64,000 bases of DNA from an uncultured Candidatus Bathyarchaeia archaeon (GTDB lineage: Archaea; Thermoproteota; Bathyarchaeia; 40CM-2-53-6): NCBI GenBank assembly GCA_964394935.1, contig CAYMZN010000001.1, forward strand, positions 55,210-119,209. Direction: 5' to 3'. How positions within the stretch are numbered: the first letter of the stretch is position 1; each line of letters opens with the position of its first letter. Shown here one piece after another: positions 31,356 through 40,574 of the stretch. Below the pieces are notes generated by a model. That model saw only the letters and a program-made list of their open reading frames with translations, did no database searches and was not told the DNA's origin. The translations under genes were made by a program, and so were the position numbers.

Positions 31356-34094
31356 TTGCCACGGTTGAAAGGATTGCGATCAGCTCTGGGGCCATACATC
31401 GGCCGTGGGGTATTGGCAGAAAGAGTTCGGGCGATTCGCAAGGCTGCTTCCGGGATCTCGCGTGGCCGTGTTCTGGAGATCGGCGTCCTATCGCTGGTGT
31501 TCGTCGTAGCATTGGCCGTCCGGCTTCTTCCTCTGAGATTCGGGTTCTACCTGTCGGAGTTTGACCCGTATCTTCAATGGCGGATGGCTGAGTACATTGT
31601 GAAAAACGGTTTTGTTGCGTGGTTCAGCTGGCATGACACGATGAGCTGGTACCCCTGGGGGATGAATATGGCCCAGGGCAACCTCTACGGAGTAGCCTTC
31701 ACTGTAGCAGCTGTTTACATGTTCCTGCATGCAATTGGTGTGCAAGCAACTGTTTTCGAAGTCACGGTACTGTTTCCAGTAGTCGCAGGCGCCCTCACGT
31801 CGATCGCATGCTACTTCCTCGGCAAGGATCTGTGGGGCCGCGGAGCAGGCCTATTGACTGCCCTCTTTATGGCGCTGAATCCGAGCAATATTAGCCGCAC
31901 AACACTGGGCTTCCTTCGACATGAGCCGCTCGGAATATTCCTGATGGTTCTGGTCTTCATCTTCTTCCTTCGCGCAAATCAGAAGGGACGAAGCTCCAGG
32001 AGCACGATCACATACTCGATCCTTGCAGGCCTCACATTGTTCTACTTGGCGGCAACATGGGCCGCATCATACTATCCAATGGACCTGATCGTCCTCTATG
32101 CAGCAGTCCTTGTCTTGACCGGTAGGTATACACGTCAGCTTCTCTTCTCCTACGCGACGACTTACGGTATCTTCCTGTTCTTGACACCGCTAGCTGTGCC
32201 GAAAACCGGGTTTGGAACACTGACAAGCCTGAGCTTCCTAGTCATCCCAGGCGTCGCGCTTCTCCTACTTGCACGCGAAGCCGGTAGCCAGCTTCCATCT
32301 TGGAGGTCGAGAGCCTACGCCCTTGCTGTTGCATCTGCGGTACTTGTGGGATTGGCGTATGCGCTCGTTACCTTGAAAATAATGGATCTACCTACTGGCA
32401 AGTTCCTGTCAACTCTCAACCCCTTCACGCGCCTTGACATGCCGATCGTCCAGAGCGTATCTGAGCACAGACCAGCGACGTGGGCGTCATTCTTCTACGA
32501 ATACAACACACTCACCTTTCTTGGTCTATTCGGGTTTTTCTTCATAATTCGTCGCCTTCGTGATACGGACATTTTCCTCGTACTGGCGGTCCTCACCTCG
32601 CTTTACTTCTCGGGATCACTCGTGCGACTCACGCTCATACTCGCGCCCGCATTCTCACTCCTAGCAGCAATCGCAACCGTAGAGATGGCCAAACCTGCAG
32701 TTGACATACTTCGCCAAGCGGTCATATTCCCGAAGAGGAGAATCCCTGGCCTCGTCAGGATCGGCAGAGAATTCGGCCTAGCCATGCTCCTAATCTTGAT
32801 AATTGCAATTATCCCTGCTTTCTCGAAAGCAATAGCAGCGGCATATGCGCCAGCAACAATCGTGACATCCAGCATTCCGGCGTTGCCAGCTGAAGGCACG
32901 AAGTACGATGACTGGCTTCAGGCACTTGCTTGGATTCGTGACAATACACCTCGGTCATCCGTGGTCATGGCTTGGTGGGACTATGGATACTGGATGACTG
33001 CACTTGCTGATCGTAGGACCCTAGCTGACAATGGAACACAGAACACGACGCAGATCGCAATGATTGCGCAGATGTTCATGCGAAACGAGACAACGGCCAT
33101 CCCGATGATGCAGAGGTACAATGTCTCTTACGTGACAGTTTTCGTGACGTACGCACGCACACAAGGGCAGAGCAGTCCAAGCTTCCTCGGTGCCGGCGAA
33201 GATGGTAAATGGTACTGGATGGTTCGCATTGCCAATCAGACTAGCTATGGCAACGAAACGATCCTATTTCAGGAGAAGAGAGCCCAGACGGAAGTCACCT
33301 ACTACAGGGTACTGAAGAATGGGGATAAGGTGGTTGCCAACGAGACGATCTCAGCTGGACAGCAGCTCAGAGACAACTCCATCTTGGGATTCATGATGAA
33401 CACAGGTGTGGGAATCTCTCAAGCGACCTCAAACTATTTCGACCGCGTCTTCACATCATCGAACAACTTCGTCCTAGTCTACAAGGTGCTGTATCCGAAG
33501 ACCACGATCGTGACCATCAGCATAGACAAGAACAGGGTGAAGTACGGGGAAAGTGTTCACATAACAGGAACAGTCACGGACGATGAGGGAAACCCCTACA
33601 GAACCGGAACGGTCACACTACAGGACTCGATTCAAGTCGGAGTATGGGATAACGTCGCAGCGGTCAACGTGGTCGACGGCAAGTTCACTTACGATTGGAC
33701 ACCGCCCGCAGGCAACCATTCCGTGCGCGTGTCTTGGAGCGGTACGAAAGGAGAGTCCCTTCCCGCGGTGAGCAGTAGTGTCCAGCTCTTCGTTGAAGCC
33801 AAGACCGTCACATTGGCCATTTCTCTCTCAAACTACAATGTGACCCTTGGAGAGAACGTTACGATCTCGCTGAGATTGTCCGAAAGACTCTCGAATGGCA
33901 CATTCACAATAGAATACAGTACGGACAACGCGACTTGGCTGAATCTTGCAACAGCCGAGCCCAAGAACGGCACTGCGGACTATTTGTGGGAGCCTGCGAA
34001 GGCTGGGACTCTTTACATTCGGGCAAACTACTCAGGATCTGGAAACTTCGGACCCGCCACTAGCGGCGTAGCCGTACTGTACGCGAAGCCATAG
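31356..34094 (+). CDS. aglB: Oligosaccharyltransferase AglB/STT3 with C-terminal Ig-like extension
   Basis: EFDPY, SVSEH, WWDYG, LADNGT, EDGKWYWM; multiple TM segments. Confidence 0.92.
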   Translation: MPRLKGLRSALGPYIGRGVLAERVRAIRKAASGISRGRVLEIGVLSLVFVVALAVRLLPLRFGFYLSEFDPYLQWRMAEYIVKNGFVAWFSWHDTMSWYPWGMNMAQGNLYGVAFTVAAVYMFLHAIGVQATVFEVTVLFPVVAGALTSIACYFLGKDLWGRGAGLLTALFMALNPSNISRTTLGFLRHEPLGIFLMVLVFIFFLRANQKGRSSRSTITYSILAGLTLFYLAATWAASYYPMDLIVLYAAVLVLTGRYTRQLLFSYATTYGIFLFLTPLAVPKTGFGTLTSLSFLVIPGVALLLLAREAGSQLPSWRSRAYALAVASAVLVGLAYALVTLKIMDLPTGKFLSTLNPFTRLDMPIVQSVSEHRPATWASFFYEYNTLTFLGLFGFFFIIRRLRDTDIFLVLAVLTSLYFSGSLVRLTLILAPAFSLLAAIATVEMAKPAVDILRQAVIFPKRRIPGLVRIGREFGLAMLLILIIAIIPAFSKAIAAAYAPATIVTSSIPALPAEGTKYDDWLQALAWIRDNTPRSSVVMAWWDYGYWMTALADRRTLADNGTQNTTQIAMIAQMFMRNETTAIPMMQRYNVSYVTVFVTYARTQGQSSPSFLGAGEDGKWYWMVRIANQTSYGNETILFQEKRAQTEVTYYRVLKNGDKVVANETISAGQQLRDNSILGFMMNTGVGISQATSNYFDRVFTSSNNFVLVYKVLYPKTTIVTISIDKNRVKYGESVHITGTVTDDEGNPYRTGTVTLQDSIQVGVWDNVAAVNVVDGKFTYDWTPPAGNHSVRVSWSGTKGESLPAVSSSVQLFVEAKTVTLAISLSNYNVTLGENVTISLRLSERLSNGTFTIEYSTDNATWLNLATAEPKNGTADYLWEPAKAGTLYIRANYSGSGNFGPATSGVAVLYAKP

Positions 34095-34127
34095 CGGATC
34101 GATTACTCTCCGACAGGGGACCGACTA

Positions 34128-34286
34128 CTAGGGCGCCTGCCCTGCCCGTTGCCGCAGTCTAGCATATTTATCGGTCGGAGAGAACTTCGCCGGGTGCGCA
34201 ATCATGGTCTCTGCGTCACAGTCAAGGCACTTGCTCTTCAGCGTGTAGCGACCACACCTCTGACACTTGCGTATCTGCCACTTCAA
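34128..34286 (-). CDS. nop10: H/ACA RNP protein Nop10
   Basis: Manual translation MKWQIRKCQRCGRYTLKSKCLDCDAETMIAHPAKFSPTDKYARLR...; below ORF-track cutoff; follows aIF2 alpha. Confidence 0.92.
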   Translation of the reverse strand: MKWQIRKCQRCGRYTLKSKCLDCDAETMIAHPAKFSPTDKYARLRQRAGQAP

Positions 34287-35062
34287 CTGACCTTGCGCCC
34301 TTCGCCGCTGAGGCTTTTCAAAGTGTTAGCAGCTTCTTCAACCGCGGAAGCAAGTGTCGCTTCGGCCTCGGAGTACTCACGTGCCGTCGCCTCGATCCTG
34401 TATCGTGGCGCCCCAATCGCATATATTCGAATACTCGCGCCCTTGGGCTTCTTGACTTTCTTCGCATTAGACAAGGCGGTTCGGATCGCCTCGATTCCTT
34501 CGGGGGCTCTACAGGTGAGCTCGACTGTTGCGGTGAGCGTCGCCTTCTCCAGCTTGATCTTGCTCTTCGCCACTTCGGTCAGCGCGGCAGCCCATTCTGG
34601 TGGAACTTCAAGTTTTGTGAAGACTTGTTCACCTTCCTCGACGGCTTCCTGGAACACTTCGTAGGGGTTCTCCAACCTCTCGTATAGGAGAAGGCGAATT
34701 TTTTCGGTCGCCCCACTGTCGGCCTTCAGGCGTTCACCGGCACCCTTGATTATCGAGTCGGCTTTCTTCGCCCTCTTCCACTCGAGCATCTTGTCTGTCT
34801 TTTCTCGGCCCGTTACTCGGCGAAGTGAAAGGTCAACTTGGGCGCGTTCGCGATCTACGCGGAGAACCTTAAGAACGAGCTTTTGGCCTTCACGGACGTG
34901 CTCGCGGATGTTCTTCACCCACGTTGTCGAAATCTCTGAGATGTGAACAAGGCCCTCAATCCCTTCGTACTCATCCAGCCTTACGTAGGCGCCGTAGTCG
35001 ACGACTCGTTTCACAGTGGCGATCGCGAGATCCCCAACATCCGGATAGGCCGGAACGGACAA
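34283..35062 (-). CDS. eif2a: Translation initiation factor aIF-2 alpha
   Basis: S1 domain YGAYVRLDEY..EGLVHISEI, VDLSLRRV, GAPRYRI. Confidence 0.95.
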   Translation of the reverse strand: MSVPAYPDVGDLAIATVKRVVDYGAYVRLDEYEGIEGLVHISEISTTWVKNIREHVREGQKLVLKVLRVDRERAQVDLSLRRVTGREKTDKMLEWKRAKKADSIIKGAGERLKADSGATEKIRLLLYERLENPYEVFQEAVEEGEQVFTKLEVPPEWAAALTEVAKSKIKLEKATLTATVELTCRAPEGIEAIRTALSNAKKVKKPKGASIRIYAIGAPRYRIEATAREYSEAEATLASAVEEAANTLKSLSGEGRKVS

Positions 35063-35094
35063 AATGACTAGACTCCTACCTCAAGTCATAGAGG

Positions 35095-35301
35095 TCAGCC
35101 GAGAACTTGCGTGACCTCACCCTTGATCTTCGCTTTTCCCCCTTGCGTCTCAAGCAAGATGTCTTCGCAGACATTGCACTTCACTTGGGCGGAAGCTCGG
35201 TCAAAGACCACCTGTTCGTTCCCGCATTTCGTACACTTCACCTTCAAGAAGTTGCTTGCGGGCTTGGGAATGGGCTCTTTCCTGACCATACTCGATCTCA
35301 C
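35095..35301 (-). CDS. rps27e: 30S ribosomal protein S27e
   Basis: FLKVKCTKCGNEQVVF..VKCNVC..GGKAKI. Confidence 0.95.
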   Translation of the reverse strand: MRSSMVRKEPIPKPASNFLKVKCTKCGNEQVVFDRASAQVKCNVCEDILLETQGGKAKIKGEVTQVLG

Positions 35302-35576
35302 GCTCCAACCTCAAGCTTGCGGAGTCGTATGCCAAGCCTGTAGACCGTTTGACTGCATTTCCTGCATGTCAACCGCAATAGCTGTTTCTTTGTAGTCTTG
35401 GCCGTCCGTTTCAGTTCCGGCCACTTCTGGCCGCCATACCCGTGCTTCTCGCGCTCATGGCGCCTTGCACCAGCGGAGAGGGCACGCTCCTTGCCCTTCT
35501 TGTATATCGAGACAACGTGCTCAGTATGGCTTCTGCATTTTGGACAGTAAGTCGTAATTGCCTTGGGGAACTTCAT
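35298..35576 (-). CDS. rpl44e: 50S ribosomal protein L44e
   Basis: MKFPK..TYCPKC..HTEH, GYGGQK, AKTTKK. Confidence 0.95.
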   Translation of the reverse strand: MKFPKAITTYCPKCRSHTEHVVSIYKKGKERALSAGARRHEREKHGYGGQKWPELKRTAKTTKKQLLRLTCRKCSQTVYRLGIRLRKLEVGA

Positions 35577-35832
35577 CGAAGTCACGCGGCCCCTAACCCA
35601 ACCACGCGTCGTATTTATGAGTTCCTCGGCCAACTCATGCGTTTCTGAAAGTGGGACCTCTCAGATTGCAAGGCCGTGGCATGGCATCCCAACTCACGTC
35701 AACGTTCCCGAATATCGGAGGGAAAGGCCCCGTTCGTATTAAGAGGAGGGAGCTTTCCACGAACGAAATCACGACTGAGATAGCACCGAAGGCACTTGCG
35801 ACAGCTTGTTCTGTGGTGCGTATGGGTAACCA

Positions 35833-36507
35833 CTAGACCATTATGTCCACCGATCTGACGAATTGAACTCCTTTCTCCACCATAGTATCTAGTGCGTTGG
35901 ATAGGTGGCCCGGCGGCGAGTCGATGGCCTTTGTGAGGTCGACCGGAACAACCACCTCAAAATGCAGATCCCTACCATCCTTGGCTGAATAATAGATGCA
36001 ATAATCCAACGCGAGTCCGCAGAGGAAGATCCGCTTCTTGCCTAGCGTCTCAAGATAGCCGGAGAGGCCCGTAGGCGTTCTCTTGTCATTTTCAATGAAT
36101 GTTGAATAGCTGTCTATCGCCATATGGTAGCCCTTCCGGACAATGGCATTGGCGAATTCCGCCTGGATCTGGGGATGAAACTCTGCCCCGAGCGATCCTT
36201 GAACGCAATGATCGGGCCAGAGAATCGGGCCTATCCCGTTGGACTCGTACGAATCGTACGGTTTCATGCTGTGGCTGCTGGCAAACGAAAGATGACCTGC
36301 AGGATGCCAATCCTGCGTCATGACAACAACGTTACCCCGACGATGGAACCTTTCACCAAGGAGGTTTATGGGATCAATTATCTCATCCGCTTTCCTGACT
36401 GCGAGGGCGCCCTCGGGCATGAAATCGTTCTGTATGTCAACGATGACGAGCGCGTCCGTATTCTCTATTGAGACGCTTTCGAGCAGACTCAGTTCCTCAA
36501 GACGCAT
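35833..36507 (-). CDS. pncA: Nicotinamidase/pyrazinamidase
   Basis: VDIQNDF, TQDWHP, WPDHCVQG, DSYSTF, GLALDYC; start set at MRLEE. Confidence 0.92.
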   Translation of the reverse strand: MRLEELSLLESVSIENTDALVIVDIQNDFMPEGALAVRKADEIIDPINLLGERFHRRGNVVVMTQDWHPAGHLSFASSHSMKPYDSYESNGIGPILWPDHCVQGSLGAEFHPQIQAEFANAIVRKGYHMAIDSYSTFIENDKRTPTGLSGYLETLGKKRIFLCGLALDYCIYYSAKDGRDLHFEVVVPVDLTKAIDSPPGHLSNALDTMVEKGVQFVRSVDIMV

Positions 36508-36770
36508 CGGGGGGACCACATGTAGGGATCTGCAGACAACACCAGAGAACCAAAAAGTTTGTGCCATGAACTCAGCAAGCAGCCCCGAATCCGGCTGCAT
36601 AGGATATCAAACCAACGTAAACTTGAGATTGACGACGCTAAGACGATCGTTTTGTGTTGAATGACGCCTACTATTCTTCGATAGAATCGGGCGGCATGGA
36701 TTATGGCAATGAACCTAGGGGTCATCTCCCACTCTTTCCACGCGTAGCAATATATGGCCTGATGGAATGA

Positions 36771-38759
36771 ATGGGATCATACTACCCGGATTGGTGGGGC
36801 CCAATGAGACTGGATGATTCGCCTCAACGAAAATACCTATCAGAGCAGATCCGGTCGATCGCAGTCGTCTCTTTGTATGCCGACGGATTTGAGAGACTGA
36901 CCCCGAGACAACGTGTGCTGGCCTACTACCTTGCCCAAGCGGGCCTTGCAGGAGACGACATCTATACAGACCAGATATCTGCATACGGTCTCAGGCTGAC
37001 AGATCTTCTAGATAACCTAGTCGGTCATCTGGATGAAATCGATTCCGAGCTTGGTGCCAAGATCTCAGACTATGCGAAACTTGTTTGGATTCATCACGGA
37101 AACTATGATCTCGATAGCTACCGTAAGTTCACACCTGACTTTACTTTCGAGCAGCTGAAGGAGGTCGCCCTCGCGGCCTGGAAAAGAGGGGCAAGGTTTG
37201 GTCTTCGTGACAAGAAACAACTCAATGAGGCCCTGGTTGGCCTTCGTGATTCCATATTCAATCCCGACTACAAGCCCATGCTTACGGTCAAGAATCCCCC
37301 GGCTGGGCACGACGTCATCTCGGCAAGCAGCTGCAACTTCTACGACAACGTCACACTGCAAGAAGTTCAGTCCTTCAAAGAACGGTACAAACTGAACTCT
37401 CGCGTTGCAAAATTCAGAGGGAAACTTGTCGAACAGCCGTACAGAGCAGGAACGCCGGATGGTAAGGTTCGGCCTGGGCGTTACGCAAAGCAACTCAGAA
37501 GGATGATCTCGTTCATCCAACTAGCGATTCGCCGCGCCGATCCAGAACAGAGGGCTGTGCTCAGGAAGCTGATCAGATTCTACAGGACTGGTTTTGAAAA
37601 GGACTGGTTGGACTACAACATAGCATGGGTCAAGCTGAATCCTACGGTTGACATGATCTCGGGCTTCGTCGAGACCTATCTGGATCCAAGAAATGCAAAA
37701 GGGAGCTTCGAGACAATCGTCTCGTTCGTGGATCCAGAAGCTACGAGACTGATGCAGCGTCTAGCCGAGAATGCCGAGTACTTTGAGATGCATGCACCTT
37801 GGAAGGACGAGTACAAGAAGCGAGATTTCAAGCCTCCCGTCGCGAACGCCATCAATGTCTTAGTGGCAACCGGGGACGGCGGACCATTCTGTCCCGGCGG
37901 GATCAATCTGCCGAACGAGCAGGCGATCAGAGAGAAGTATGGAACCAAGAGTGTCCTGTTGAACAATATCATGCATGCTGCGGCGGCGGCCATTGGCGAG
38001 AAGGCGGCCGTTGAATTCTCTTCGTCCGAAGAAGAGCGCGTACGAGCAGTGAAGCATCGTTTGAGGGCTAGAGACTTGCTTGTTGCGCTGCATGAGATCG
38101 TTGGGCACGGATCTGGGAAGGTGAGTGAAAGGCTCAAGGAAGATCCCCATGCATACTTGAAGGAGTACTATTCTACATTGGAAGAATGTCGAGCAGATCT
38201 TGTCGCCCTGTGGAGCTTTTGGGATCCGAAACTGGCCGAGATCGGCGTCACGAACCATCAAGAAGTCGCAAAGGCTGGATACGATGCATACGTCCGCTCA
38301 GCCTTGGTTCTACTCAATCGGTATTCTGACTCATTGACGATTGAGGAGGACCACGATCGCGCGACTCAACTGATAATCAATTACACAATGCACCGAAATG
38401 GTTCGATCCAACAGATCGAGAAGAATTCGAAGATCTTTCTCAGGGTGAGAGACCATACGGCGATGCGCGACGCCGTTGGCGAGCTGCTATCTGAACTCAT
38501 GCGGATAAAGGCCGAAGGTGATTATGACTCGATAAAGAAACTCGTTGTTGAGCACGCGGTCAGAGTCAACACTTCCTGGCGGGACCAAGTGGTAGAGCGC
38601 TGCAAGCGGATCAATCTCCCGAAGAAAGCGGCCTTCATAATGCCAATCCTGAAGCCGATACACGACAAACGGGGTCGAATCATCGACGCAGGGCTCCGCT
38701 ACCCCGAAAGCTTCACAGAGCTCCAGCTACACCTGTTCAAGCAGAAGAGGAATCCGTGA
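36771..38759 (+). CDS. Dipeptidyl-peptidase III-like metallopeptidase (M49)
   Basis: GFVETYLDP, GINLPN, LHEIVGHGSGK, LEECRADL. Confidence 0.88.
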   Translation: MGSYYPDWWGPMRLDDSPQRKYLSEQIRSIAVVSLYADGFERLTPRQRVLAYYLAQAGLAGDDIYTDQISAYGLRLTDLLDNLVGHLDEIDSELGAKISDYAKLVWIHHGNYDLDSYRKFTPDFTFEQLKEVALAAWKRGARFGLRDKKQLNEALVGLRDSIFNPDYKPMLTVKNPPAGHDVISASSCNFYDNVTLQEVQSFKERYKLNSRVAKFRGKLVEQPYRAGTPDGKVRPGRYAKQLRRMISFIQLAIRRADPEQRAVLRKLIRFYRTGFEKDWLDYNIAWVKLNPTVDMISGFVETYLDPRNAKGSFETIVSFVDPEATRLMQRLAENAEYFEMHAPWKDEYKKRDFKPPVANAINVLVATGDGGPFCPGGINLPNEQAIREKYGTKSVLLNNIMHAAAAAIGEKAAVEFSSSEEERVRAVKHRLRARDLLVALHEIVGHGSGKVSERLKEDPHAYLKEYYSTLEECRADLVALWSFWDPKLAEIGVTNHQEVAKAGYDAYVRSALVLLNRYSDSLTIEEDHDRATQLIINYTMHRNGSIQQIEKNSKIFLRVRDHTAMRDAVGELLSELMRIKAEGDYDSIKKLVVEHAVRVNTSWRDQVVERCKRINLPKKAAFIMPILKPIHDKRGRIIDAGLRYPESFTELQLHLFKQKRNP

Positions 38760-38844
38760 TCACTGGATTCTTGATGCTTGGTCTGGGCAACCATAATCTC
38801 GCAGGTATGCCAACCAGGAGAGCCTTCACATCGGCTTGATCAGA

Positions 38845-38998
38845 TGGTGCTCCGGGCGGGAATTTCCTAGCACTTTTGAAGCGCTATTTTGAACCCGCGA
38901 TCAACGGCTTTCCTCGGCTTGGCCGCGAAAGGCCGCTATGCTTTCGGCCACTTTGGCTAACCGGGCTACACTCGGCAGAGCTTGACTTCCACCGGAGC
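38845..38998 (-). tRNA. tRNA-Glu(TTC), CCA encoded, with four BHB-type introns (38971-38988, 38943-38957, 38910-38925, 38862-38887)
   Basis: Removing 18+15+16+26 nt gives a 79-nt cloverleaf GCTCCGGTGGTGTAGCCCGGTTAAGCATAGCGGCCTTTCGAGCCGTTGATCGCGGGTTCAAATCCCGCCCGGAGCACCA. Confidence 0.9.
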
Positions 38999-39122
38999 CC
39001 CGAGGCATCGGAGCATACTTGAGACCCGCATGGTGTCAATTAACGTTTTTCGCGCGGAATGCAGAGGGGCAGTAAGACGGGCTATCGGGGATTGTGATGC
39101 CATACTTGGACTTTAGCTCTTC

Positions 39123-39749
39123 CTAAGCCTTGAAGAGAATCTGAAGCCTCTCGACACCACACTCGGTTGTCTCAACTACAGTGCCCATGCCAGTCCGACG
39201 CACTTGTAACGCGTGCAAAGTGATCAGCTTTGACACAACGTTCTCCGTCAGCTTAGCTCGCACTTTCATTTTGTAGATAAGCGAGCGGAGCGTCCGTGGC
39301 TGACACGCGAGTCTCATTATCATCGCTTCGTGTGCATACCGATACCTGGGAACGGCGATAAGATCACCCAACTGTCTCCCGTAGAAGGATTTGGGATCTA
39401 TTTCGCCAGCGATTATCGCCAATCTTTCGTCAAGACTGGTGTGCGGGGGACAGAAACCATACTTCTGCGCTATCAGCAACTTTGAAAGGTGCTTGGCATT
39501 TGCAGAACCGAATCTTTCAAGCCACCCATTGATGCCCTTCCATCCCGATATGTAGAAGGAACCTTTTACCCTGCGCATATGTTCTCTTGTTGAGGGACGC
39601 CTCACTCGAAGAGCGACAATCAGTCCTAGCCCCATCAACTTTGTGTGCAGTGTCTTGATGAAAGAGGGATCGCTCCTCTCGCATTCCAAGACCGGATAGT
39701 AGTGACGATCTCGAAACTGCTTTCTGAGCCTACACCACCGGAGCACCAC
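39123..39749 (-). pseudogene. N-terminally truncated free-standing LAGLIDADG-like endonuclease gene with wHTH-like tail
   Basis: RKQ..RHYYP, F+ISG...W..FG..N.KH, YGFCPPHTSLDER..I.GEIDPKSFY, recalled from tRNA-adjacent archaeal LAGLIDADG proteins; LAGLIDADG helices absent; first codons are tRNA-derived. Confidence 0.55.
39730..39744 (-). repeat. Intron-less copy of tRNA-Glu nt 1-15 (GCTCCGGTGGTGTAG)
   Basis: Exact 15-nt match to the spliced 5' end of the neighbouring tRNA, spanning the 10/11 junction; TATA-like CTTAAAG about 27 nt upstream. Confidence 0.7.
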
Positions 39750-39878
39750 GGCGAAAGCAAGCCGTTGACGCTTTAAGTTCTTTGCTCGACATGGACAGCA
39801 CAGTCAGGTATCTCTATCACGTCTTAAGCTGAGCCAACGGCACGGAGCGGTAGAGAAGTGTATAGGAGCAGGAATGCG

Positions 39879-40541
39879 ATGTCTGCGTTCAGAGCTGTTG
39901 TTTTCGATCTGGATGGCACGTTGATAGATTCCAATTGGCTTCACCTTCGATCATGGCGGATCGCTCTGAAAAAGTTGGGACTCGATGTTCCTGACCAAGA
40001 AATCGTTCATGGGCTTGGCTTGAAGACCCTCGACATCGCAAGAGGGATCGTCTCCAGCTTCGGCGAACAGACCGTCTCAAGGCTCGTCGAACTGAAGACT
40101 CAACTCTTTGAGGAAGCCTGGCGCCAGGAAGTGAAACCTCGAGAAGGAGCTCTAGAGCTCCTCCAGATGATAAGAGCGGAAGGGCTGCGATCTGCAGTGG
40201 CCTCCTCGAATACAGTTGAGAGAATATTCAAGACGACCCAGCATTTCGGAATGGACAGGCTGCTAGATGCCGTTGTCGGAATCGACGAAGTTCAAGTGGG
40301 CAAGCCAGACCCAGCACTTGTGAGAGTTGCCATGGAGAAGCTCGGAGTAGCCGGCAATGAAACTATCTATGTCGGAGATAGTAAGTACGACATCGAGGCA
40401 GGCCGAGCTGCCGGCGCACGGACGGCCCTTGTTGTACAGTCGATCGCGGCGCAATCAAACCTCAAGTTTCAACCCGACTACAGAGTGAATGAGCTATCCG
40501 AGCTTCGAGCAATTATTTGGCCAAACGAGCGCAGAGCTTAA
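39879..40541 (+). CDS. HAD-superfamily phosphatase
   Basis: FDLDGTLIDS, VASS, GKPDP, VGDSKYDI. Confidence 0.92.
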   Translation: MSAFRAVVFDLDGTLIDSNWLHLRSWRIALKKLGLDVPDQEIVHGLGLKTLDIARGIVSSFGEQTVSRLVELKTQLFEEAWRQEVKPREGALELLQMIRAEGLRSAVASSNTVERIFKTTQHFGMDRLLDAVVGIDEVQVGKPDPALVRVAMEKLGVAGNETIYVGDSKYDIEAGRAAGARTALVVQSIAAQSNLKFQPDYRVNELSELRAIIWPNERRA

Positions 40542-40574
40542 GCAGAGTTCCGTCACGTGGGTGTTGGAAGCGGC

